Positions 41,273 through 51,383 of a stretch of DNA of 64,000 bases are shown here, one piece after another. The stretch is taken from IMG/VR virus record IMGVR_UViG_3300031576_000001, positions 186,001 to 250,000 of that record; one strand, given 5' to 3'. The notes beneath the pieces were generated by a model. It was not told the DNA's origin and ran no database searches. It saw only the letters and a list, made by a program, of their open reading frames with translations. The translations under genes were made by a program, and so were the position numbers. Each line of letters starts with the position of its first letter. The first letter of the stretch is position 1.

Positions 41273-41878
41273 GTGTCAATACCGCTGATAACACCCCTGT
41301 CCCCTGAAGACCGTATCCAGGTGAGGAACCAGCTAGAGAGGCTCCCTGTGGAGCTACGGCTAACGGTTCTCAGTCACGAGTTTTACAACTCCCCGCCAGA
41401 GGACCGCATGTTCTGGCTTGAGGCTGCCGGAGATTACGGTTTCAACCACGCTGACCTTGAAAGGGCTACCACGACGAGGGAAGGCATGGTTGCCTCTCTG
41501 CAAGACCTTGTACCGTCCTGCAAGACCGAGGCTCAGCAACGGGCGCTCCTCAAGGTGTTTGCTGGCGTGATCCTGGTAGCCGAGGGGGTTTGCAAGGGCG
41601 ACCCCAACTTTGAGCTAGCCGGGAGGGATGTTTACGCTGCGGCGCTCACGGCTCTTCGTGACGCCTCTCCTCAGAGGGAAACCCAGCCTGTCATCACCGG
41701 AGAGGTACTCGACGCTTTGACTGCTGAGCTTACCAAGGTGACCACCCGCGAGGATTTGCTAGCCTGGTACGTCCAGGTAGGCGCGGACGTGGACAGCCTC
41801 TCCGTTGTCGAGCGTAATCACCTGTTTGCAGCGATCCGCGCAAAGAAGGCTAGCCTCACAGGGGGTAGACAACCGTGA
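41273..41878 (+). CDS. Hypothetical protein
   Basis: AAGGAG ribosome-binding site before the GTG. Confidence 0.6.
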   Translation: MSIPLITPLSPEDRIQVRNQLERLPVELRLTVLSHEFYNSPPEDRMFWLEAAGDYGFNHADLERATTTREGMVASLQDLVPSCKTEAQQRALLKVFAGVILVAEGVCKGDPNFELAGRDVYAAALTALRDASPQRETQPVITGEVLDALTAELTKVTTREDLLAWYVQVGADVDSLSVVERNHLFAAIRAKKASLTGGRQP

Positions 41879-42411
41879 AGATCCTGGTCACGGGCTCGCG
41901 AAAGTGGACCCGCCGAGAGGTCATCCTGTCCGCCCTGACTGGGTTTCCCGCAGGGTCCACGGTCATCCACGGAGCCGCCACGGGGGCAGACACCCTTGCC
42001 GGGGAGGTCGCCGTGTCTCTGGGCTACTGGGTCAGGGAGTACCCCGCTGACTGGTCCCTACACGGCAAAGCAGCGGGACCGATGCGTAACACCTTCATGT
42101 TGGAGAGGGAGAGCCCCTTTGACATTTGCCTGGCTTTTCCCCTACCAGGCAGCAAGGGGACGCTGGACATGATGCGAAAGGTGCAGAGAGCCCGTGTTCC
42201 CCTTGTCGTTGCGGACGAGGCAACAGGGGTGCCCGTGTTCCGCAGGCTGTACACGGTAGCCTCCCTCACGGAGCCTGCCCGTGAGTACGACACCCACGAA
42301 GAGGCTCTAGCGGCGTGGCGCCTGGACGAGGGGTGTTGTGCGCTGTACTCCCCCGGCATGGATGACGCTACCCTGACCCGAGGCATGAATGTCAACTACT
42401 CCAGGCGCTAG
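41875..42411 (+). CDS. SLOG / YspA-like (DUF2493) protein
   Basis: ILVTGSR, IHGAATGADTLA, ADW..HGKAAGPMRN, AFP...SKGT. Confidence 0.85.
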   Translation: MKILVTGSRKWTRREVILSALTGFPAGSTVIHGAATGADTLAGEVAVSLGYWVREYPADWSLHGKAAGPMRNTFMLERESPFDICLAFPLPGSKGTLDMMRKVQRARVPLVVADEATGVPVFRRLYTVASLTEPAREYDTHEEALAAWRLDEGCCALYSPGMDDATLTRGMNVNYSRR

Positions 42412-42471
42412 CCCCAGGGAACCTACAGACATCAACAGAGGACTACTCACCTTGGAAAGGATGCCTGCCGA

Positions 42472-42681
42472 ATGAGCCGCGAAGATGCAATGAATCGGTA
42501 CTGGACAGAGCAGGCTGCTGTCAGCGCGAGCACTCGTGACGCAGCTCAGAAAGAGCGCACTCGTTTGCTCGCTGCAATACGGGAGCATTTGGTAGAACGC
42601 AAGGCTTACCTGGCGAAGGACGAGACGGAGCGCAAGGCAGAGCTAGACGGTGTGCTTCTCTATCTAGACACGCTCAAATGA
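42472..42681 (+). CDS. Hypothetical protein
   Basis: Short helical ORF. Confidence 0.45.
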   Translation: MSREDAMNRYWTEQAAVSASTRDAAQKERTRLLAAIREHLVERKAYLAKDETERKAELDGVLLYLDTLK

Positions 42682-42866
42682 CAGCCCTCAGCACAAAACT
42701 GCTCACCTTGGAAGAGGCGATTGAGCACTGCCAGGAGAACGCTGTCGGAGACACCCCCTGTGCCAGGAACCACCGCCAGCTAGCCGAATGGCTTCTTGAG
42801 CTACAAGCTAGGCGCTACAACAAGGCCCCCACCGTCGCGTGGGGTCAGGGTCAGGGTCAGGTATTA
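42678..42866 (+). CDS. Hypothetical protein
   Basis: TLEEAIEHC...HRQLAEWL. TTA 42864-42866 is shared with the TAA of the convergent gene. Confidence 0.55.
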
Positions 42867-43307
42867 GAGGGTACCGTAGGCTTCCTCTTCGCTCACTTCC
42901 CGACCAAGCTCGCGGAAACACGCCTTGAGCCGGGCGTTTAGAGCGCTCGCCCGCCGCCGCACCTGAGCGTAGGAAAGCTCACCGTCACAAGAAAGATTTT
43001 CAGGGCTTAGCTGGCAGTACAACCCCAGGATCTCCCGCTTGACCTCAGCCTCGCTCCGGGGCGCCTTCGGAGCAGAAGGCTCCGTGGCGGGAGGGGGCGC
43101 TGTGGTGGCACCCTGCGGGGCGAGAGTCACCAGCGAGCGCGCCACGTTCCACACGGACCCCACGGCGTAAGCCTTGAACGTGCCGCGAGACTCCAACTGC
43201 CTGACCTTGATGGTCTTGCTGTTGACCTTGACGAACACCCCGAGGGTCTTCTCCCCGTTGGCGCGTCCGAAGAAAACCTTGTCACCAGCCTTGATATTCT
43301 GTTCCAT
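42864..43307 (-). CDS. Hypothetical protein
   Basis: GGAGG site then ATG (MEQNIK); LSPENLSCDGE motif. Confidence 0.65.
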   Translation of the reverse strand: MEQNIKAGDKVFFGRANGEKTLGVFVKVNSKTIKVRQLESRGTFKAYAVGSVWNVARSLVTLAPQGATTAPPPATEPSAPKAPRSEAEVKREILGLYCQLSPENLSCDGELSYAQVRRRASALNARLKACFRELGREVSEEEAYGTL

Positions 43308-43355
43308 GGTCACTTGCCTCCGTGTCGTGCGTCGTTGTTGAAAAGGCAGCCTGCC

Positions 43356-43763
43356 TAACGTCCAGTAGGGGGGTTTAGCGTTACCCTTACGTGTGCCCGT
43401 GATCTCGACGAATTTCACGGTTTTCTCGACGCGGGCGCCGTTCTTCCGAGAGAACTGAACCACCACCCCCGTGCCGGTGACACGCTGCACCGTGCCGTTG
43501 TACGTGCCGCACCCCCCGGGGCAGGGGTAAGCCCACGACACCACCGCACCGGGGTAGAGGTAGACGCCGCGGGACCAGCAAAACTCGACCCACTGGTCCA
43601 GGGCGTCCTTGTGTGAGCCGTGGGCGGGCATCACGGGGACCGCAAACAAGCCTTCCTTGTCGCGGCTGTCCACGCAGAGACCTTCCACCACGGAGAGGGT
43701 GAATTCCTTATGGGTGCCGCGGTTACCGACGATGACGAGGTTTTTGAGGTTGAGGGGGCGCAT
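43356..43763 (-). CDS. Hypothetical protein
   Basis: Starts at a CGTA-class promoter; ends at in-frame TTA 43356-43358. Confidence 0.6.
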
Positions 43764-43772
43764 AACCCCTCT

Positions 43773-43797
43773 TACGCTCAGAGGCTACCGCGATTCA
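43773..43797 (-). promoter_or_regulatory. ECF-type promoter TGAATC-N15-CGTA
   Basis: Followed by AGAGGGGTT-ATG. Confidence 0.7.
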
Positions 43798-43805
43798 CGA
43801 GAAAG

Positions 43806-44369
43806 TTAGGGCTCGGACGTGAGGCAGTTTAGACCTACAGGGTCAAGGGGACACGCCAGGAGGCGATGGTTCGTGCGTAGGTTCATCCACAAGTGCCCCA
43901 GCACGTTTCTACCTCTCAGGTAGCCGTTTCCTGAGTCTACAGCGCCCCAGAACGTGTCCTTGTGACTCTTCTCGACAATGTACTGAGAGGTCGCACGCAG
44001 AACCACCCCAAGGCGGTCGTAATGGTCAAAGAACTTGTGAGCCAAGCACCAAGCCATGACCTCGACCTTGACCTGTTCCCAGTCAGGGCGGGTCGATGCA
44101 GTGTGTTGCTTGCTCAACATCTTGGCTTGCATGGGGTTCTTTTGCGAACGGATAGCCTCTTGGACGTGGGGTAGGTGGGGGTAGCGGCACGCCTGATAGA
44201 GGCCCTCTGTGTGATACCAGAGCTTACCAGTCTCGCGTTCTAGCGCCAAGAGGGGGAAGTCTGCCGCCATGTTGCTTAGCTCGCCCCAGGGCTCGCGTGT
44301 CTTGCAGAAGAACACGCTTTCGCTGGGGTACCACCGACACTCCCGCATACTGTCAAGGTCGAGAGGCAT
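43806..44369 (-). CDS. NADAR family protein
   Basis: LSNM, TEGLYQA, RPDWEQVKVEVM, IVEKSHKDTFWG, GRNVLGHLWM. Confidence 0.85.
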   Translation of the reverse strand: MPLDLDSMRECRWYPSESVFFCKTREPWGELSNMAADFPLLALERETGKLWYHTEGLYQACRYPHLPHVQEAIRSQKNPMQAKMLSKQHTASTRPDWEQVKVEVMAWCLAHKFFDHYDRLGVVLRATSQYIVEKSHKDTFWGAVDSGNGYLRGRNVLGHLWMNLRTNHRLLACPLDPVGLNCLTSEP

Positions 44370-44373
44370 GGGG

Positions 44374-44694
44374 TCAGTCCTGCCCCGTACCGGAGTACCC
44401 AGGAGCCCCTTTAGCTACGGAGTACCCGAAGTAGGTCTTGGGCGGGTTCCACGACTCCCAAGCCTTATCGTCGAGCTGTACGGGGTCATCGTCCCGGTTA
44501 GGGTAACCTCGGGGCCCCTGGTAGGTCGGGTTGGTGGCGCAATGCGAGCAAAGATACTGCGGGCTGGTGTTCTTCCAGGCTTCCTTTCCCTTGGTGATGA
44601 CAACAGAGCCGGGGGAGAGCACCAGCCCCTCCGTGAAGCACTGCTTGCACCGGTCGCACCGGAAGACTTCTGTGACTTGGGTTTCTTTAGCCAT
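44374..44694 (-). CDS. Zn-finger protein
   Basis: CDRC...LCSHC; GGTGTA-N10-ATG. Confidence 0.5.
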   Translation of the reverse strand: MAKETQVTEVFRCDRCKQCFTEGLVLSPGSVVITKGKEAWKNTSPQYLCSHCATNPTYQGPRGYPNRDDDPVQLDDKAWESWNPPKTYFGYSVAKGAPGYSGTGQD

Positions 44695-44739
44695 GTGCGG
44701 GCTATACACCGGGGGCTTTTCTCCCCGGGGGCTTTGGTT

Positions 44740-46524
44740 ATGACGCTATGTGACCGGGTAGCCGCGAAGTACAAAGAGAAGAAGAAGGTCAAGACCCAGA
44801 AGGGCGAGTCTACGGTCTACCTCTACTCGGAACGCCAGGTCAAGAACCGCAACAAGGAAAAGGCCAAGAGGCTAGAGTCTCTTCGCAAGAACATTGGTGA
44901 CCTTATGGGTCGCGTCAAGCGTGACCTAAAGTCTGAGGACGTGGACACCAAGCTAACCGCGCTCGCCGTTGCGCTTGTTGACTCTACGTATGAACGAATT
45001 GGAAATGAGGAATCTGCGGACGAGCGTGGGCACTACGGGGTTACCGGGTGGCTCAAAAGTCACGTCAAGTTCAGCAAGAGCAAGGCGGTTATCAAGTACA
45101 CGGGCAAGGCTGGCGTCGAGCACACCAAGGAAGTAAAAGACAAAGCCATTCTCTCCGCGCTACGTGACGCTTGCGAGGCGGTTGAGAAAGACGACCCGAT
45201 CTTTGAGTACGACGGGGGCACCGTGACCCCTGAGAAGGTCAATGCTTACCTGAAACCGTCCAAGATAACAGCCAAGGACTTGAGGGGCTATCATGCTAAC
45301 GATACGATCAAGGCCATTCTGAGGACTCTACGCGGTAAGGGCGGCAAGCTCCCCAAAGACAAGGAGGAGCGCAAAGCTAAGCTCAAAGAGGAATGGAAAC
45401 AAGCCCTCGCAGAGACGGCTGAGATTATTGGGCATGAGTCCATTACATTGAAAAAAAGCTACCTTGTGCCCGGGCTTGAGGCAGACTTCATGAAAAACGG
45501 CACGGTAAACGATAAGATGGCTTCCCTACAAAGCTCCCGGTACTCTTCTATTGCTCAGCGAGTAAGCCAGCGATGGGCGCACCTTCACGATTGCGTGATC
45601 CACGCGGGCTGCCCTGTGTGTGGCTTCACGGTGGACGAGGCTACCGGAGAGGTATACGACCCTGGCTACCCCTGTCCTGTGTGTGGCGTGGGTGGCGCCG
45701 TTGTGCTTTCCGCTGAGGACTCCCTGGGTCGACAGAAGATAGCCTCTGAGGCGGACTCTGAGGTTACGCTAGCGGCTCGCGTGATGGTAGCGGCTTATCA
45801 AGGCTCCCCGGGGATAGACAAGACTGCCAACATGGCGGGTCGTGTCAAAGACCTACTTGCCCTTTGGAAGCGGGCACCCTCCGTGTGGGAGAAGATCAAA
45901 GAGGCTATTGGTTTGCCCGACGACTTCGACAGCCTCTCGATGCTGGGCAAGGCGCACGCCCTCATGGGAGCCTTCAAGGAGTTTGCGGCGCAGGGGAAGA
46001 AGGCAGTCGCCCACATTTTCCACCAGCTACCGACGACCTTCCCTCTCAGCATGTTCTTCGTGCCGCGTAAGAAGGTGCCAGGCATCACGGACCTTTTGGC
46101 AAGACTGGTTGACGAGGTACCCTGGCTCAAGTCCGCGCTAGGCAAGGCGAGCGCTCACCTGGGGAAGCTGGACGACTTGCTCGACAAGTACGTGCCCATA
46201 ACCAGCAAGGTCATCAAGGCTGCCGCCTTTATCTGGGTCTGGTTTGCGGCAGCCGAGCTATCGTGGGACATACCGTTTCTGGTCAGGGGTTTTACGGGGC
46301 TCATCGGGCTAGGGGAGCTTTTCGGCTCCATGCCAGAGAGCGCCCTGGGTCTGATAGCCAGCATGTTTGGGCTAGGGTACGGCGCCCTCCCGGTTACCTT
46401 GGTTATCCGGCTTGTCTGGCTTGTCGCAGAGGATTACCTCTCTTGGGTACCCGGCAAGGGGCTCAAGGTTCACTGGGACAAGCTAGGCATACAACGCCAC
46501 GATGAGCTAGTGGTGACTGCGTTA
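44740..46524 (+). CDS. DNA topoisomerase IB fused to a Zn ribbon and a hydrophobic C-terminal domain
   Basis: RIGNE, YTGKAGVEH, TAKDLRGYHAN, IGH...KKSYL give the R-K-R-H-Y pentad; CPVC twice; TM-like tail. Ends at TTA 46522-46524. Confidence 0.8.
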
Positions 46525-46525
46525 G

Positions 46526-46753
46526 TCACCCCACCCCGGGCACGTTCTCTTTAGCGAGCGCGATGACGAGACGGAAGAGCGGAGCACCATCCTTGTTATA
46601 GACGGCGCTGTGGTTGTAACCACCGGGCTCCCCGGTGAGTGCCGCAAGAAGCTCGCTCATGATCCGGTACGCCTCTCCCCTGGTCAGAAGGAGGATCTTG
46701 GTGTCGGCGTCCCCGGAGACAGGGGTTTCTGCACTGAGAGTGATCAGTTTCAT
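46526..46753 (-). CDS. Hypothetical protein
   Basis: Preceded by a CGTA-class promoter. Confidence 0.5.
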   Translation of the reverse strand: MKLITLSAETPVSGDADTKILLLTRGEAYRIMSELLAALTGEPGGYNHSAVYNKDGAPLFRLVIALAKENVPGVG

Positions 46754-46764
46754 GGTGGTTCTCT

Positions 46765-46789
46765 TACGTCGAGCCCTGTTTACCGTTCA
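46765..46789 (-). promoter_or_regulatory. ECF-type promoter TGAACG-N15-CGTA
   Basis: 11 nt upstream of ATG 46753. Confidence 0.65.
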
Positions 46790-46832
46790 CGAGGAAAGAA
46801 ACGGGTCTTTTCAGACCTTGCCCTGAGACCCC

Positions 46833-47354
46833 TAACCGGGCGCTCTCAAACTGGTTCAGCTTTTGGGTGACCTCCTCTTCGGTGAGGGGGAGGGTGACGT
46901 TGAACGTGTCCGTCTTGGCGCTGTACTTGACGGCGAGCCCGTACTGGCGGCACTTCCTGGCTAGACCGAGCGCCTGGCTCGTCTTGCTGGTAGCCTGTCG
47001 GAGGTTCGCCTTGTGGGTAGCGACCCCCTCCTTGTAGGAGGTGGTGAGGTCGCGGGCTACGGTGTGGGCGTTGAGGGGAGAGAGCCCCATTCCGTAGTAC
47101 CGGCTCTCAGGTTTGGTGCCTGGGTAGATGACTTGCGCCAAGAGGTTGTCCTTGGTGGGCTTGGCGGTCCACGACACCACGAGTGAGGGCAACAAGGACG
47201 CCGGAGTGTGCCTGTTGCCCGTGGGGGTCAAGGTGACCTTCTTAACCCCGTCAAAGACCGTGATGGAGGAGAGGGTGAAGTTGAGCCCTTCGAGAAGAAG
47301 CTCGGCTTGCACTGAGGCGAGAAACCACCGTACAGGGAGGGGGTAGCGTGCCAT
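46833..47354 (-). CDS. Hypothetical protein
   Basis: GGTGTA upstream; TTA at 46833-46835 (standard end 46764 runs over the next promoter). Confidence 0.55.
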
Positions 47355-47393
47355 GTTCCTTTGACCGGTACACCGTTCCCCGCCTCTTGGCGT

Positions 47394-47663
47394 ATGGGTA
47401 TGACGGATTACATCCAGCCTGGGGAAACCGTTCTCTACGGAAAATTCAAGAACCGCCCCGCTCTGGTGGTGCGCTTCTTCCGAGATGACCGTGGGGTACC
47501 CATGGTCGAGCTAGAGCCCGTCCCCAAGGGTCGCAAGTCAAACCGGATTATGTCCCTCTTTACCGTGTGGAAGCTACCCGCCAACCGTGCTGAGGCTACC
47601 GCGACCAAGATTGCAGGGCGCTATGTGGGTAGGTATGAGGTATCACCCGATAGCGACGACTTA
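47394..47663 (+). CDS. Small SH3-like hypothetical protein with KIAGRY motif
   Basis: GETVLYGKFKN; TTA at 47661-47663. Confidence 0.5.
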
Positions 47664-48289
47664 GCTTTCCTGGGTCTGCGGCAAATGTAGGAGCCCCCCG
47701 GTGGCGCCGGGCGCCAACGCAACCAAGAGGCTATCTCCGGGTGCGCGTGTTCTAGCCAGGTCATGGTGCGTTCTTTTCGTTTCCACAACGCCTCTAGGCT
47801 AAGAAATGTGGTGCGACCGATGTCCGCATAGCTCTCCCCTTTACCTAGACGGTAAAGAAGAAGGGCGTCTACGCCCGGAGGTTGGTTGACCACGATAACC
47901 GCTAGCTGAGGGAGTACCTCATCGTAAAACGTATTCTCCCGGGCTAGCTCTTCGCGTTGCTCTTTCTCTAGCTGGCGTTGTTTCTGGTCACGTCTGCCCA
48001 TGACCGCCATTTTGCGGCTGTGGTCAATGGCACGGTTTTTTCCGCAGCACGCGGCGTAGTTGAGGGCTGACCAACCCGTCAAACCCTTGGCTAGAACCAG
48101 GGCGACCACCTTGTCAGCGCCCTCTGCCCACTTGGGAAACAAGACCCTCAAAGCGGGAAAGTCTTGCGACGTGCGAAAACCTCTCTCAAAGCCCTCTCGC
48201 ACCCTTACCTCTAGCTCTGGGGGTAGTTTAGCCTCGCCCTGAGAGGGTTCTGAGGTGGCTACGGGCGGCAGCGTCGAGGGCGTTTCCAT
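47621..48289 (-). CDS. ECF-like RNA polymerase sigma factor
   Basis: Region 2-like KNRAIDHSRK and region 4-like HTH GESYADIGRTTFLSLEALWKRKER. Confidence 0.7.
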   Translation of the reverse strand: METPSTLPPVATSEPSQGEAKLPPELEVRVREGFERGFRTSQDFPALRVLFPKWAEGADKVVALVLAKGLTGWSALNYAACCGKNRAIDHSRKMAVMGRRDQKQRQLEKEQREELARENTFYDEVLPQLAVIVVNQPPGVDALLLYRLGKGESYADIGRTTFLSLEALWKRKERTMTWLEHAHPEIASWLRWRPAPPGGSYICRRPRKAKSSLSGDTSYLPT

Positions 48290-48408
48290 TGGGCTCTGTA
48301 CTCAAGTTAGGTGTGAGTAGTCCTGTGTACAATAGTTGACTCGCGCCCGCCAGCCACAAGCACAACGAGCTAGTTGGCACTCAGTAAGGGCACCACTGTT
48401 GGACACAC

Positions 48409-48741
48409 TTACTGAGTGTACCGCTCGAAAACCACGGAGTACCCCGTCTCAGGGGGGTACGTGTGCGACACCCAAGAGGCCGTGTTGCCGTCCAGCGTGA
48501 CGTACCCACACTCGTGAGGGTACGCCGCTCCAGGCTTCGTATCCACGAAGAGACTGACGCCGCCCACAGGGCACGGGTCAACAGGCACCCTCTTTCCCAG
48601 GGTGTCGGTCACTGGCTCTTCATGGTGCTCCGCAGCACGCAGCGAGACGGCGAAGAGGGGGTGGCGTTTCCGTTTCTTGAGGGTAGAGAGGCGCCCCCCA
48701 AAGTTACGGAGAACCGATTCGCGAATTTGGTCGTGGTTCAT
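48409..48741 (-). CDS. Hypothetical protein
   Basis: GGTGTA-N12-ATG; FVD..P.A.Y.H.C.Y motif. Confidence 0.55.
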   Translation of the reverse strand: MNHDQIRESVLRNFGGRLSTLKKRKRHPLFAVSLRAAEHHEEPVTDTLGKRVPVDPCPVGGVSLFVDTKPGAAYPHECGYVTLDGNTASWVSHTYPPETGYSVVFERYTQ

Positions 48742-48768
48742 GCAGTGTGCCCTTACACCAATGGTGAC

Positions 48769-49644
48769 TCAAGAGACCACACCCTCTTGGCTGAAAAGGA
48801 GAAGCTCATCCACCGGACCCCGTGCCGCGCCATCCCGGTTGACGCGACGTGACGCTTGGACCACCACGCCCGCAAAACCCTTGTAGACCCGCCGAGTCTC
48901 TTCGGTGTCCGACTGGCTAAGAAGAGCAGGTATGCCGCGGTGCGTCAACTCTCGGAGGAGTCCTGCCAGTGCGTCGTGGCCAAGCTTGTTTGCCGTGTAC
49001 CCCTCGAACGTACCCAGGTAGGGGGGGTCCAGGTATACAAAGTCAGACTCCCCCAAGAGGGGCATCGTCTCGGCTAGGAGCCTCAAGGCGTCCCCGCACC
49101 GGAGCACGGCGGGCGCAAGGGCTCTTGAGGCTTCCGTCAAGGCGTCCTCCGCAGGTACCAAGAGGGTGTCTTCTTTACCCCAGGACACGTTGTACCTCCC
49201 TCTCTGGTTGACGCGCCAGAGTCCATTGAAGCCACAACGGTTCAGCCCGTAGAAAAAGCTAGCCTGACTTACGCCCTCTCCTCGGGTAGAGTTCAGCATG
49301 GACGCCCAGTGAGCGTAGGTCTCTTGGGGTGCCCCTTGGTAGAGCCGGCGTTGCTCCTTTAGCTCCAAGAGGAGACAGGTGGGGTTAGCCCTCACCTGTT
49401 GGTAGAAGTTGACCAGGGCGGGGTTGGCGTCGGAGAGAAAGGATACCAGCGGGGGTTGCCGCCTCTTGGACAGGGCGAAGAAGACAGCGCCGCCCCCCAT
49501 GAAGGGTTCCACGTAGACCCTCACCCTCTCAGGGGCACGGGGTAGGATCTTACCCAGGAGTTGACCTTTGCCGCCGACCCACTTTAGCAAGGGTTCTGAG
49601 GCTACGGGAGCAGGGTCGGGGTACTCCTCGTCGTCATCTATCAT
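48769..49644 (-). CDS. dam: Dam-like DNA adenine methyltransferase
   Basis: LKWVGGK, YVEPFMGGGAV, NRCGFNGLWRVN, FVYLDPPY. Confidence 0.88.
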   Translation of the reverse strand: MIDDDEEYPDPAPVASEPLLKWVGGKGQLLGKILPRAPERVRVYVEPFMGGGAVFFALSKRRQPPLVSFLSDANPALVNFYQQVRANPTCLLLELKEQRRLYQGAPQETYAHWASMLNSTRGEGVSQASFFYGLNRCGFNGLWRVNQRGRYNVSWGKEDTLLVPAEDALTEASRALAPAVLRCGDALRLLAETMPLLGESDFVYLDPPYLGTFEGYTANKLGHDALAGLLRELTHRGIPALLSQSDTEETRRVYKGFAGVVVQASRRVNRDGAARGPVDELLLFSQEGVVS

Positions 49645-49648
49645 GGGC

Positions 49649-50047
49649 TCAGCACTCGCGTATGAAGGCACTCAGCCCGTGAGAGACCAGTCGGTGCCTC
49701 TCAGCCTGAACCGCGTCCAAGAGGGGCGACGTGAAAACTGGACAAGGCGTTTTGTGATCCAGGGTGTCTACACCCTCTTCGGTCAGGTAGTAGAACGCGT
49801 TCTTGATGCAGGCGCGGTACGCCCGGTAAGCGTCTGCGGTAGGCGTACCAGCGCAAAGCAATACGACTTCCCACGTTTTCTCTTTTGGCTTTAGCGAAGC
49901 CGTAGCGGCTGTGGTTTGCTTGGTGGACTCCAGCGTGACGGCGAGACGTAGCAAGGTGATGCACGCGGCGTCCACGTCGGAGGGCTCGGTTACGCCCTCG
50001 ACCACGGAGAGGAGGTGTTGCAGCTTGGCTTTGATGTCGTTGTTCAC
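49649..50047 (-). CDS. Hypothetical protein
   Basis: GTGA-coupled ORF. Confidence 0.5.
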   Translation of the reverse strand: MNNDIKAKLQHLLSVVEGVTEPSDVDAACITLLRLAVTLESTKQTTAATASLKPKEKTWEVVLLCAGTPTADAYRAYRACIKNAFYYLTEEGVDTLDHKTPCPVFTSPLLDAVQAERHRLVSHGLSAFIREC

Positions 50048-51024
50048 GGGGAGCCTTTCTTGGTGGGGTTGTGTACGTTACCGATCCAGACCACGCCGTC
50101 ACGCTCTTCGGCTTGCAGACCGAAATCAGGGTGGAGGCGCAGCTTGTTCTGAAGGGCTTGATCCAGGGCAGCCGCCACACGCGGGACAGAGACACCCCCG
50201 AGGCGGGTCACGTTCAGCTTGGAGACTTCCTGGGCGATGGTCATGAGAGCCCTGGGCTCCGTGTAGCCGTGCATCGCCAGCTTGAGGATGCCGGGTAGCG
50301 TGTCGCGTTGAACGTCCACATGACGGAGGGTCATGGAACAGGGCGACCGCCGGTCGTAGTGTACGATGCCGTACATTCCCAACTTGAGTTCTTCCTGCGG
50401 CTGGGTTTCGTTGGTCTCGACGTAGCCCGGATTGACTTGGTAGAGCCTCTCGGGTCTGCCAGGGAGGCTCGTGGGTTTCAGCCCGGGGTGCCCCTGTAGC
50501 ACATCCTCCACCGCGTCCTTCTTGAGGGTCTTACCGTGTGACGCCAACAACTGTAGAATCTCTGGGACACTCAGGGGCTTTCCAGCCTCCGTGAGAATGC
50601 GCAGTACCGCTTGGCGCGTGAGGGAGACCGGGTTGCCCTTGTTCTTGAGCTTCTTGAACACGTCGGTCTCGTCCACATCAGACCCTTGGGGTGGCACGGT
50701 ACCTGGAACAATGGGCTCTGCCGCTGGGGGGTCTACCGGGAGCGTGGTGTCCGCTGCAACAGGAGAGGGGGTGGGGGTGGGGTCTTTGGTTTCAACAGGG
50801 GTTGCACCGCTCGCAGGCGTGGTAGAGTCAGGCTGTTGGGTTGCACGACCCAACAAGGGGTCGATGTCAAAGGTTCGCCCCCAGAGCGTCCCCAAGAGGG
50901 TTTGAAAACCTTGAAGAAACTCCTTGTCCCGCCTGGTTACGACAACCACGCCCTCCGCAAGCGCCCAGAGGCGCAGTACATGACGACGAAACTCGTTTTG
51001 CTTCATGACGGTCTTTTTGCTCAT
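50044..51024 (-). CDS. wHTH-containing DNA-binding protein
   Basis: RQAVLRILTEAGKPLSVPEILQLL winged helix after a Pro/Thr linker. Confidence 0.55.
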   Translation of the reverse strand: MSKKTVMKQNEFRRHVLRLWALAEGVVVVTRRDKEFLQGFQTLLGTLWGRTFDIDPLLGRATQQPDSTTPASGATPVETKDPTPTPSPVAADTTLPVDPPAAEPIVPGTVPPQGSDVDETDVFKKLKNKGNPVSLTRQAVLRILTEAGKPLSVPEILQLLASHGKTLKKDAVEDVLQGHPGLKPTSLPGRPERLYQVNPGYVETNETQPQEELKLGMYGIVHYDRRSPCSMTLRHVDVQRDTLPGILKLAMHGYTEPRALMTIAQEVSKLNVTRLGGVSVPRVAAALDQALQNKLRLHPDFGLQAEERDGVVWIGNVHNPTKKGSP

Positions 51025-51301
51025 GGCGTCTAGATGGCACATACACCAGAAACGCAGGGCTCTGCGCGAAAGAGCCGTTGCCTACAAGGGGGGTGCGTGT
51101 GTGCTCTGTGGGTACAACCACTGTCACGCTGCCCTTGATTTCCACCACCCCGACGCCTTGACCAAGGACTTCAACGTGTCGTCACGCACGGCGTGGACCC
51201 CGGCGCTAAAGCGGGAGCTAGACAAGGTGGTCTTGCTTTGCGCCCGCTGCCACCGAGAGGTTCACGATGGTCTCCACCCCTCTTTGCTAGAGCTTCACTG
51301 A
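51023..51301 (+). CDS. HNH endonuclease-like protein
   Basis: GGACVLCGY..ALDFHH...LLCARCHREVH. Start is uncertain. Confidence 0.75.
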   Translation: MASRWHIHQKRRALRERAVAYKGGACVLCGYNHCHAALDFHHPDALTKDFNVSSRTAWTPALKRELDKVVLLCARCHREVHDGLHPSLLELH

Positions 51302-51383
51302 ACCCAGCGGCAGGTTCGCTAACTCAGGCTCAAGCTAGCCCGCCGACAGACACCCCCATTGCAAACCCTAGCCCAAGACGCAC

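Noticed and set aside
42842-42860. GGGTCA tandem repeat (3 copies)
   Set aside because: Short in-frame GQ microsatellite; not CRISPR-like and no sign of phase variation.
44269-44739. N-terminal 157 aa of the 761-aa ORF
   Set aside because: It is antisense to the NADAR and Zn-finger genes; the true start is ATG 44740 with the leader motif.
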